DNA from: Octopus sinensis
Taxonomy: Eukaryota
Assembly (NCBI RefSeq): GCF_006345805.1
Contig: NC_042999.1
Coordinates: forward strand, 15,748,001-15,812,000
Length of the DNA: 64,000 bases
Direction: 5' to 3'
Shown: piece after piece, positions 52,995 to 64,000 of the stretch
Layout: every line of letters starts with the position of its first letter
Numbering within the stretch: the stretch's first letter is position 1
The notes under the pieces: generated by a model
The model's database searches: none
Seen by the model: the letters and a program-made list of their open reading frames with translations, nothing else
What the model was told of the DNA's origin: nothing
Made by a program: the position numbers and the translations under genes

Positions 52995-55341
52995 ATGCAT
53001 GTGTGTGCCCATGTATATGTATGTAGGTCTGTAAATACATATATGTGCCCATACATTATCCAAGGCAGTAACCATCTCTACCTCTACTCTTAATATCATA
53101 GTTTGCATCATGGGTGATTGTGTCCAGCACTGCATATCAACGATCCTTTGTCAACTTCTCCATAAAGCTCAACATCCCGATATCAGTATTCACCACTTTA
53201 ACCTATCTCTTTCTGTGTCTTCTTCTACAGGTCACTTTCACTATCTTGCATTTCTAAATATAGATGTCATCTTCTATACACTTCGTATGTTCACACTAAC
53301 ACAGGCTTCTCCCTTGTACACTGCATCTAATTCCTCTTATTCTCAGCTTCTCTTACTCAGTTACTCATGCACACTGACACTACACATCCAGTGAAACAGA
53401 ACAGTGAAGAAGAAAGATAGAACAAAACCAAGACCAGAAGGATGCCAGAGTTTTATAGACTGAGGAACAGAAATATCTGTCAAAACACATTACAATAGTG
53501 CAAATTGATAGCGAGTTATCAATTCAAGATATGAGACACAGATGGTGCCAATGTATGGGCAGTTTAGATAAGTACGTATGCCTGATGTCACTTAAAGTTT
53601 CCTGATGTTGAAAGCAACAACGTTCCTTTAAATTTCTCTAAGGTAAGATTCCATTGGTGAAGAACATAGAATAAACTCTCTTTGGCTATAGGGAAACCAT
53701 GCTGAAAGTGTTGAAGAGAGAGAGATTCAAAGTGTTGGAGAACGTCATTGTTAATAGTTGTCTCCATTATCTTGTAGATACTGAAAGTGTGTGCACTAGG
53801 TAAGACAATCGTTAGCAGGATTAGAGAAGCTATCTGTCTATCTTGGGAATGACAAGATCTCTGTACAGAAGGAGAGACTGAAGTATTTTGTGAGCTAAAT
53901 CTCAAATGTAATGTTTTGGGATAACAGAAATGATATGGTCAAAGGTTAATAGTCTAGCTGGTGTGAACTAATTGCATTGAACATGTGCAATTAATTAGCC
54001 AGTTAATTAATTTCTTCACATTTTCTTCAGTGAAAGATGTATTTTATGAGTTTGTTATTGTAGTTTTTTGCTACTTTGCACAGTAGGTTTTATGAGCAGT
54101 AAACGGACAATACTGCATTGGTAGCATCCCACATGCAAAGAGAGGAAATTTTAGTCATTCACCTGTTTTCACTTGCTTATTAGACCAATGGGAAAGCATT
54201 ACTTCTCAACCATGTATTGGATATAAAAACAGAACTCAAAAGAGCGTACTCACTCTTTGACAGGACTTAGCCAAAAAAAGTAATCGCTAAAGCTGATCAT
54301 TAATACAACATATTTCAGATTAATAGGATATTGATTTGCTGTATCTCTATACCACCAGGTTACTAAGGAAATAGGCCAATTCCTCAATATTTATCTCAAG
54401 AGCAGTTCACATTTATATCATACATATGCTCCAAATAAACTTGTTCTTCACAAACATATAAATTAAATGCTGACTTTTCAAACACATATGTGCAACATTC
54501 CTTCTACACAATATATTAACTAAAACTTTGTTTTTATGAATTTTGCAACAAAAATTGATTATTTTCTCTGTGTGAATTAGTCTCATTCAAACTTGTACTT
54601 TATGAGCATTTGGAAGTAAACACATGCTGTTTAACTACAGTGAATTATATGGTACCACTTAGGCTGGCAGAGGTCTACTATCTGATGGTATATAGGAAAT
54701 AAAAGAAACCTTGTATATTTATTTTATTGTGGTTGTCTCTTGCATCTGTATTTTCTACATATTAATTATTGATTGAGAAATTAAAAACAGATTAAGAAAT
54801 TATTTGTTATTGTTGTTGTAGTAATTTATATTATATTTTGCAGTTGCTTATTATCTCAAACACTGGTTGTGGAAAAGTGACAGAAATAGAAATACTTGAG
54901 TAGTTAATAATGGGCTAGCCATTAATAATGACAAATACAGATAATTCGGATTACAATATTTAAGACTGTAGCTGGAAGAGAAAAAAAATGTTTGCAAATT
55001 GTGAAATTGTGTGAGTGTGTATATGTGTGTGTTTCTTGTTAAAGACACGACTATATTATAGTTTAAATCATTATCAATGATTTCACATATTTCTTTATTA
55101 GTCTTTTAGGTTTGGTAGAATTCCTATATCCATTAGTTTGCTAATGTTTCAAGATTGTCTTGATTTCATCAGAATGAAATGACAGTAATAATGATGCAGA
55201 GTTTGGGTATTTCGCAGTAGGTCACAGAGGAGTATGAGAATACTGTTATAACTGGCAAACATCAATAATACCAGATTTTAAATTATTCAACAGTTATGCC
55301 TTGGCACATTTTATGCTTTATTTTATGTGTGCTGTATGTAG

Positions 55342-55853
55342 CACGGAAGCCGGTTAGCCGATCATTGACAGAGCGGCTAACCGGCTTCCATGCCAGTGGC
55401 ACTTAAAGGGCACCATTCGAGCGTGATTGTTACCAGCGTCGCCTTACTGGCACTTGTGCCCATGCTAGTAGGGTGCTAAGAGCACCATCCGAGTGTGATC
55501 GTTGCCAGAGCAGCCAACTGGCTTCCATGCCAGTGGCACATATTAAGGCACCATTCGAGCGTGATCGTTACCAATGTCGTCTTACTGGCACCTGTGCTGG
55601 TGGCATGTGTAAAAGGATTCGAGCGAGGTTATTGCCAGTATTGCCTGACTGGCCCCATGCTGGTGGCATGTAAAAAGCACCCACTACACTCTCGGAGTGG
55701 TTGGCATTAGGAAGGGCATCTCGCTGTAGAAACTCTGCCAAATCAAGATTGGAGCCTGGTGCAGCCATCTGGTTCGCCAGCCCTCAGTCAAAATCATCCA
55801 ACCCATGCTAGCATGGAAAGCGGACCTTAAATGATGATGATGATGATGATGAT
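55342..55853 (+). mobile_element. SINE family A with a 137-bp higher-order array
   Basis: ttccatgccagtggcac recurs at 55386 and 55523. Same subfamily as 5472-5910. Confidence 0.9.
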
Positions 55854-56947
55854 GTATCTGTGGTTCAGTTTTGGTTTGTATTTGGCTATTAGTAAAGCTT
55901 TCGCAGTTACTCTTATTTTGTGAAATTCTACATAAATTGTACTGTCAGATAATTATTTCCGATCTAAATTTCTTTTGTGCACTGTACTATAGGTTGGTTC
56001 AGGTTCTTGTTGTAGATGCATGGTCAATCATCAAGAAAATGCCATACTTGTATGTCCAATGTAACACTTTGAGCCATGACGTTTTCACCACTTTCATGTT
56101 TACATTGAAATTTGTACATTACATTGGTTATTTGATGTAAGTCCTGTGATTTACAAGTGTGTAGTTTTGTGTTGATGATAAGGTTTCTCATTTCTGTGTT
56201 CTTGTAATATATTCTAGCTGTGAGTTTGTGGACAAGTTTTATGAGTTATTTTCGTTTTAATGATATACTAATCCATCCTGTAACCAAGGTGTACTTGGTT
56301 CTTGTTATATAAACCATGTGTAGTTCGTGCATTTTAATGGATACTGTGGTTGTTGTATCAGTGTATGTGAATTTGTTCTTGTATTTTTCTATGATGTGGT
56401 CTGCTAATATATAAGTTTATCCATTCTTAATTTAAATTTGTTTCATACATATTTCCTTCTTCAAAGTTTCTTAACTGGACAAATATTTAAAAATTCATTT
56501 CAGAAAGGATTTGACTATAGATTTTTATAGATCTGGGAATGATAACTATCACCATACATCTAAGCATTTTCTCACAATTTTCTTGTGTATATTGATGTGT
56601 TATATGTATTAATTCTTAATGGAGTAGTGTTGTTCTCTGAATATTTACTAGCGCTGTGTTGGATTGTAAATGAAGACATGGAATTATGTCCTAGATCATC
56701 TTTAACCTTATCAGCCTGTTCTTATCGGTCACAGTAAATATATCAACATTCCTATTATTGACTGTGCTTTTATATTTAGTCTTTTTCATATAACCATATA
56801 TACACAAATATACAATATGAACATAAGTAGAGAACCTTTAGCTACACCATCCTTTCGATGTATAAACTGAGGGTACAGATACTCATTGTCCAAAATTGCT
56901 TATGCTTTCTGTTATTGAGCCATTGGTAAAAATACTTTCTGTATCCG

Positions 56948-57143
56948 TGCCGGTGGCATGTAAAAAGCACCCATTACACTCACTGAGTGGTTGGCATTAG
57001 GAAGGACATCCAGCTGTAGAAACACTGCCAGATCAGACTGGAGCTTGGTGCAGCCTTCTGGCTTCCCAGATCCTGGTCGAACCGTCCAACCCATGCTAGC
57101 ATGGAAGACGGACGTTAAATGATGATGATGATGATGATGATGA
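56948..57143 (+). mobile_element. SINE family A, one hairpin unit, 7-bp TSD TGTATCC
   Basis: Starts at GTGCCGGTGGC and ends in (GAT)n. Confidence 0.9.
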
Positions 57144-58254
57144 TGTATCCACAGTGGTTAATTGTGCTTAGTTGGATTCCATTAAAATTTCTGGGAAATT
57201 ATCAAATGACCTATGCTATATTTCCCAGCAATATATTTCTTTATGTTATTATCACATCATTTTGGCAATTCTATGCACAAGTGTACTGATTTGAGATATA
57301 AGTTGGAGAGGGATATTTTGTTTCAGTGTTTTAACACTACAACAGATGTATGCAGGGCTAGATTTCTTCTCTCAACTAGAAAAGCATGGAATCTATTTGA
57401 GTGCTCACAGCAATAGTTAATGTATTTAAATTCGATTCCTAATTAAGCAGAGTTGTATTTCTTAATTTTGATGGGATTGCTGTTGTCAAGAAGAATGTTA
57501 TTTATTTTTATCATAAATTCATAAATTCTTTAATACAGAATGGTATGCTCATATCGCTCTTACAAATAATAATATATTTGTTATTTTCAGGTCTTGCAAA
57601 AGTAGCTTAAGGCTCTTGTTAAGTGCATTTTTGCTGTTCAATTTACATTGCCATTTATTAACTTCACATTTTTGTATAAATATTACAGTTTATCATCAAT
57701 TTTTATTATACTCTTATCTCCAACAGAAACTGCTAGTTGGACATTTGTTGTTTTGGTTATTTTTAGCCTGTGATGGAAGGTTGTACTGAATTACATCAAT
57801 CACAAAGCTATAAAACTTTCTTATCAAGTGACCATGGATTTACAAGAAAGAGCCATCTCAACACATATGCTATGCAAGATATAAATTATAAAACTATTAG
57901 ATAATGTTATTACAGAATTATATCTGATGTGAAGAGTAACTATCAAAGCTTTGCTAACAATAAAATACAATCAAAAATCAATACAAATATATAGCACATG
58001 TATGTGAGTGTGTATGTGTGTACACACTTATGTACATTTAAACATGGAAAGAACTTCATTGCAGGGACCATTTGAGGAGGGACTTTCTCCTTACAGTGTG
58101 TGTGAAAATACACCATGCTGGGCCATGAATGACCATTGTATGTAGGACACATGTTACTGTGACATTATGCTTCAACAGCAACAGACACCAAAATCCGTTA
58201 TACATAGACCCCTAAAATATGTCATTCTTATAATAGAACAGCAATTGTGTGTGC

Positions 58255-58304
<50 letters not shown>

Positions 58305-58438
58305 ATGAGGGTGTCTAAGAGACACCAACATGCCGAAATAGCAGTCGAAACTCTGACTATAAAAACCACGTTAAGTGTTCGTATCGCACCATGAGATAAC
58401 ACAAAGGGACAAAATATACAAGCAAAAATTATTGAATA

Positions 58439-58497
58439 ATTCAAGATCCAGGATTTCTGGTTTTGCTTTAAATAAGCTTTACCATCATCGGTTGAAT
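58439..58497 (-). ncRNA. Type I hammerhead with a U4C core variant
   Basis: AUUCAA CCGAUGA UGGU..ACCA GAA AUC cug GAU C UUGAAU. Confidence 0.7.
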
Positions 58498-58729
58498 ATA
58501 TCAAGAGTACATAAATACAGATATATATATGCAGAACAAACGATATACTTACATATACGAACGCCCATACATAAATACATATGCACGTATACACGCGGCC
58601 GGTTAAATTAACTATATATATATAGTTAATCCAAACATGAAAACACAGAGAGAAAACACAACAACATGAGGATGTGGAACAAGTATAGTGTTATTGGATG
58701 CTCAGGAAGGAAAGAAAGGAAGAAGGAGG

Positions 58730-58765
58730 GTTTTAACATTTCGAGCAGAGCTCTTCATCAGAAAC
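58730..58765 (-). ncRNA. Minimal type I hammerhead in a ~230-bp element (58620-58850)
   Basis: GUUU CUGAUGA A GAGC ucu GCUC GAAA UGUU AAAAC. Confidence 0.7.
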
Positions 58766-59354
58766 ATAGGAAAAGGAAAGATCCAAAGAAGGGAAGATGG
58801 AGGAAAAAAAAATCGCCAACGGTACACACGCGGTCACATTTTGAATATATATATGTATATACATAAACTGAATATATTTAATTATCTGATATTACAAGTA
58901 ATTATGTGATATTACAAATGAATGATGTGAAAACAATCTAATATTCTCATTAGAGAAAAAGGCCAGGGAGCTTTTTTAAAGTCCTGTTTCAGAGATGGAT
59001 GTCTCCTCTCCAGAGAAAAAACACTCTATTTTTTCAGTTACTCAAAGATCTGGCGATTCTACTTGCTATATACAACAGAGCTTAACAGGAAGTATCATGA
59101 AAGGTCTCAGTATTTGTCTATATGTTACTTGTCTATATTTCTAATTAAACAGTATATATTTACGTTAGACAAAGCTTACACAAAGTAGAAATATCTACAA
59201 TTTCACACAAACACAAACAAACTCTTTCTCCCCCCGCCCTCTCTCTCTCTGTCACACACACACACACACACATTATGTACGATCAAAGACAGAAAGCACA
59301 ACATGGAAAGAGCAACATATAACAAGTACAGTATTATGCTTGACATAAGTAGAG

Positions 59355-59395
59355 TGACTTGACATTTCAGATGTTAGTCCTTCTTCAGAAAGTCA
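59355..59395 (-). ncRNA. Minimal type I hammerhead with apparent CpG decay
   Basis: UGACUUU CUGAAGA AGG acuaaca UCU GAAA UG UC AAGUCA. Confidence 0.65.
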
Positions 59396-59966
59396 AGATG
59401 AAAGGGAAATTATAGGGAGAAAGCATGAGAGAGGGAGAGAGAGAAAAAGGGGAGTAAAATCGCATGAGAGGATTTACAAGGGCAAAATAATAGGGTGGGG
59501 GGAAGAAGCATACTCTCCCCCCACCCCCACTTATATAAGATTAAGTCTTCCTGTTTGACAAGTAAAAGTCACCAAATCTCTGATGTAATGGTATCCTGGT
59601 TGTAACAGTTTAAGGCAGACATAGTTTCATTTCTGTGGGTTTTTGTTAATACTTTTTTCATCAAAGATTTCATTTTTACAAAGTATATTCTAAGCCATTC
59701 TTTGTAGCCACATTTGAGTAACTTTGTGAAAACACACACACATGCATGTGTGCGCATTCTCACACGCATTCGTTTAACAACTGTTTTTCCATACTAGCAT
59801 GATTTATATAAGGAGTTATGACCAGGTGCTCTAATTGTTGCCAACCCTTATCTGTTTTCAAGTAAGTGAGTATATATACATGCATGTGTGTGCACATGTG
59901 CATATGCAATTACTTTGAATATGAAGGATTGAAGCATTGACAGTTCTAAAACCAGTGCTGATGTCA

Positions 59967-60240
59967 CATCATCATCATCGTTTAACGTCCGTTTTCCATG
60001 CTAGCATGGGTTGGACGGTTCAACTGGGGTCTGGGAAGCCAGAAGGCTGCACCAGGCACCCGTCTGATCTGGCAGTGTTTCTACAGCTGGATGCCCTTCC
60101 TAACGCCAACCACTCCGAGAGTGTAGTGGGTGCTTTTTATGTGCCACTGGCACAGGTGCCAGACGAGGCTGGCAAACGGAAGGTGATCGGAAGGTGCTTT
60201 TTACGTGCCACTGGCACGGGGGCCAGACAAGGCTGGCACA
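59967..60240 (-). mobile_element. SINE family A with two units
   Basis: CAT tail, core and gtgccactggcac units. Confidence 0.9.
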
Positions 60241-61039
60241 GTTCGTTAATAGCAACTCAACAAAAACAAATCTTCCTCTAGGTGTCAAGAGATAAATAAG
60301 ATTAGTTGAAGGTCAGCAAGAAGGAAGCACCAGTATCTTTGATTATTGAAAGAGAAGGCCACCTTTGTACTAATATAACAGGTTTAATTCAAAAACTATG
60401 TGACAATAGTATGAATTTCTATAACACCAATGGTAATATAAAACTGCAAGAAAAATGTCATAAGAATTTTAATTTTTGATATGTTTGACTAATCAATATT
60501 TAACTAATGAAATTGTTTGCATCCATCTTTCACATTTATGTTTGTTTCATAATTAAATATGAAATAGAATTCTGAATTTTAGATGTGTTGCAACATAATA
60601 TGTTGGCTCTGAACGGCTGATGCCTAGCTGCAAAGCACAAGTCCATATCACATTAAAGTATCAATCACTTATCTGAGACAGAGTAAATACTCAGGAAACT
60701 TTAAATCACATGCACAAAAACCATCCAACTCATAGCAGATAATCATTCAACCATATGTAGCAAACGCAGGCCCAATAACATGATGTACAGAAATCCTCGA
60801 TGTTGTATGAGTAATACATCCCTTAAAAACTTGTATCGTAAAATCTCATAATGCGAAATTAATTTTCTTATTGATTTTCATGTCATAAAATGATAATGCT
60901 TTCCAATGGATAATAAAAAAAGAAAAAGGGTGGGAGCAAGGGTGAGGTGAAAAAACAAGCAACACATCCACGTTTATGCATGAAAATTGCAATTTCTAAA
61001 TATACAGAGTATTATATATATATATCTATATATATATAT

Positions 61040-61267
61040 TTCTTTACTACCCACAAGGGACCAAACACAGAGGGGACAAACAAGGACAGACAAAGGGATT
61101 AAGTCGACTACATCGACCCCAGTGCGTAACTGGTACTTAATTTATCGACCCCGAAAGGATGAAAGGCAAAGTCGACCTCGGCGGAATTTGAACTCGGAAC
61201 GTAATGACAGACGAAATACGGCTACAAATTTCGCCCGGCGTGCTAACGTTTCTACCAGCTCGCCGCT
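61040..61267 (-). mobile_element. Full young SINE family C inserted in (TA)n
   Basis: Intact head and Meta-like domain. TATATATATATCTATATATATA occurs on both flanks (probable TSD). Confidence 0.9.
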
Positions 61268-61739
61268 TTATATATATATCTATATATATAAATTTGAAGT
61301 GAAATACTCTAGGGATAAATAATGATCAAAATAGGGTATGCCCTTGCCACAAAAGATGTGGGTTACTATCTGAGGGGGTGGTAATGCAATGAGAGTCACT
61401 AGTAATATGCCTCATATTCTTCATTTACTTGAAGAGCAAAGATTTTATAAAAAATTGCTTGAGCATCTTTTGCATGGCTGAGTGTAGGAACTGAGGTCAT
61501 TGTAAACTCCTCTTGTAATTTTTATGCTATGTTCTGACACTCGTTGACGCTAGACCAAAGAGGTCAGGGAACAGAAGAAAGAAGACATGCACCCAACACC
61601 AGAGCTGAAGACACCCCCGAAAGGTGGGGGTGGGGGTGCCACGTCAAAATGATAGAAGAATAGGGGCCGAAACTGGATGTAGTTCCTCCTGATGATGTCT
61701 TGAGCTAACTGGATCCTATAAAGGAGCTGTTGTGGTAGC

Positions 61740-62350
61740 AGACCACGAAACACAGTTGTAATTCCTGTTCACCATTAGGGTTGCTATCAGCAAAAAACCT
61801 ACAAACCTTTACAATATCCTTTGTTGTCAACTTATGTGCAGTGCATAGTTGTTGGAATTTCTGTATTCTTATCAATATTCCCAGCAAAATTTTGTTCTGA
61901 CAGTATCATCAGCTTCTCATTAGATAAACATTCTCTTTGGGGCACTAAAACCTCAACCTCATCCTCCACTGTGACTTCTTCAAACCTACATTATTTGCAG
62001 TTACACTCTCTTTCTGAATTTGATGGAGACTTTCTGCTTGTGGAAAACTTGTAAAGTCATAGACGCAGTTTGGTCATACACATTTTTCAACTGAAGCACC
62101 CAAGAGCTGTCCCATTTTATGCATCATATTAGGTCTATGACAAAATAACATCTGAATAAATAATAGAGTAACTTCTAGACTATTTTCTTTCTATTGCTAT
62201 GCATTGTTCCCACTGTAGACATTACAAGCTTTTTAATGTTTTGGCATTGGGGCTTATATTTTTCTCCCACATCAATGCTTTTTAAAACATGGAGTTTAAT
62301 ATCCAGTGAAATTCCTCTACGGCTCCTTTCGCACTTTTCTTTGATGACTT
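61740..62350 (-). pseudogene. Tigger/pogo transposase remnant, internally deleted
   Basis: N-terminal RRGISLDIKLHVL...STVGTM helix-turn-helix is joined to C-terminal PNCVYDFTSF...VGFEEVTVEDEVEVL...LSNEKL. No DDE domain. Confidence 0.65.
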
Positions 62351-62411
62351 CTTTCCTGACATCTTGAATTGTAGTTAAATCCAATAGTGCCAACAATCAA
62401 CAAATTTGCAG

Positions 62412-62588
62412 CCTGTGCCAGTGGCACACAAAAAGCACCCACTACACTCACAGAGTGGTTGGTGTTAGTAAGAGCATCCAGCTGTAGAAACACTGCCAGA
62501 TCAGACTGGAGCCTATTGCAGCCTTCTGGCTTCCCAGACCCCGCTTGAACCGTCCAACCCATTCTAGCATGGAAAACGGACGTTAAAC

Positions 62589-62618
<30 letters not shown>
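62412..62618 (+). mobile_element. SINE family A, one hairpin unit
   Basis: cctgtgccagtggcacacaaaaagcaccc...gacgttaaacgatgatgat. Confidence 0.9.
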
Positions 62619-62621
<3 letters not shown>

Positions 62622-64000
62622 ATATGTAATTAAAAAATATTATGAAGTAAAACAGCATTGTGAAAGTAAAAAATTGTCTTATTCCTATGGATGTAAGAAT
62701 GAAAATGAGAAGGTTAAAGAGTGGGCACTTCACCACTTGTAACTCTGATTTGAGCCATAAAAATACTCCACCCTCCTCTCACCCACCTCTCACACAGTGC
62801 TGACATACAACATACATAAGCTATAGACATTGCTGTCATTGGTTATTCAAAATTTGGTGGGTTGATAATGATGTTATTTGTTGTATTGGTTTTCATTTTG
62901 TTGGTGACAGTGACAATGATGGTACTTGTGGTTTTGGTGATGGTCACATTGTTCTTGCTAATTGTATTGCTGTTTTAGTTTCAAGTCAATCTTCATTGAC
63001 CTAAAATCAAAGAGATTTTGATTTCAATGAACATTTCAAATACATTTGAACAACACATTATCCCATGTGGTTGTTTTTTTTCGTTATTCCAGATGGAGTT
63101 GTTTATCTTTTCCACAATATTGTGGCTGGTGTTGTTAGTCATTAAGGAGCTGGTGGGCTGTTAATGACAATGGTAGTATTGATTTTGGTGTTGATGAGAG
63201 ATAGAGAGAGAGAGAGAAGGAGAGAGAGAGAGAAGGAGAGAGAGAGAGAGATACATACACAAATACTTGCATACACACACATATTTTACATTGTGTGTGT
63301 TTGTCATGAATATAGTTTTCAAATTGCTAACTATTTTGATCTTAGCTAAAACACAGAGAAGCATCTTTTGGCTAAAAACAGAGCATGGCCTATAAATTTT
63401 CAATATTCATCTATTTCCATTAGAGTGAAATTACCCTGTATCCCACATCCCAAAATTAGTGGTCATATTTTATAATAACCAAAATCACAAAATCATCTAA
63501 CAGGAGTAACTGCAGAGAGGGATACCTGTATCTTCTCTTTATCTAGTCAACCATTATTCCGGCTTCCCTGAACTAGCACACTGAGTGCCATGGACATAGA
63601 CCACACAATGCACTTTTTCACTGCTACTCTGTAACTGCTTTATTAAACACTCTGCTAAATCCATCATCCTTGTAACATCATCCTTCTGAATTGCACTCTG
63701 CCTATGCTTTATCTAAACATAAATTGCATCTGTTTCAACAACCCATAAAAATATGCAGTATTTATTGGCACTGACCTTCCGAGTAAAAAATTTAAAAAAA
63801 ACACAGATCTAGATAATTTGTAATATTAATATTCAAGGCTTAACCTGGTTTTGGAAAGAAGATTATATATATATATATATATATATAAAAAGTGTCTTTT
63901 GAATGGCTTTTTATAGAGTATCAATTTCTGCTTCTGATTCACTGAGCTTAAAGCATCCAATCCATTTTCTGACCTCAATAAATTTATTGCACAGAACCTG

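Noticed and set aside
55118-55180. Minus-strand CUGAUGA...GAAAC with hairpins
   Set aside because: Stem II is displaced, there is no NUH triplet and stem I does not pair.
57815-57880. GFTRKSHLNT resembling a C2H2 finger helix
   Set aside because: No Cys pair, no second His and no linker.
61550-61750. GC-rich hairpins with a GAAA loop, possible HDV-like ribozyme
   Set aside because: I could not build the nested double pseudoknot by hand.

Overview
AT-rich, microsatellite-dense eukaryotic DNA with no intact gene. The repeat content suggests an octopus/cephalopod intron or intergenic region (inference from recalled SINE families, not from a search). The long coding remnants are all decayed transposons: an R4/Dong-clade LINE with adjacent 3' fragments in a (TAA)n tract (7.8-12.9 kb), two RTE RT fragments, a Mag-type Gypsy element with one LTR (24.0-28.4 kb), two Penelope-like (PLE) fragments, a CR1/L2 3' end, and DD37D maT, mariner, Tigger and hAT remnants. 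About 30 SINE copies from five families are also present. The main find is not visible in the ORF track: about a dozen type-I hammerhead ribozyme (HHR) motifs, roughly one per 5 kb, folded by hand. They belong to several unrelated short non-coding elements, many next to (TA)n tracts. These include a tRNA-headed SINE carrying a hammerhead, a 335-nt terminally redundant retrozyme-like unit, and fold-back copies with inverted duplications. A few host exon candidates are weak. Cleavage activity, copy number and novelty are untested.
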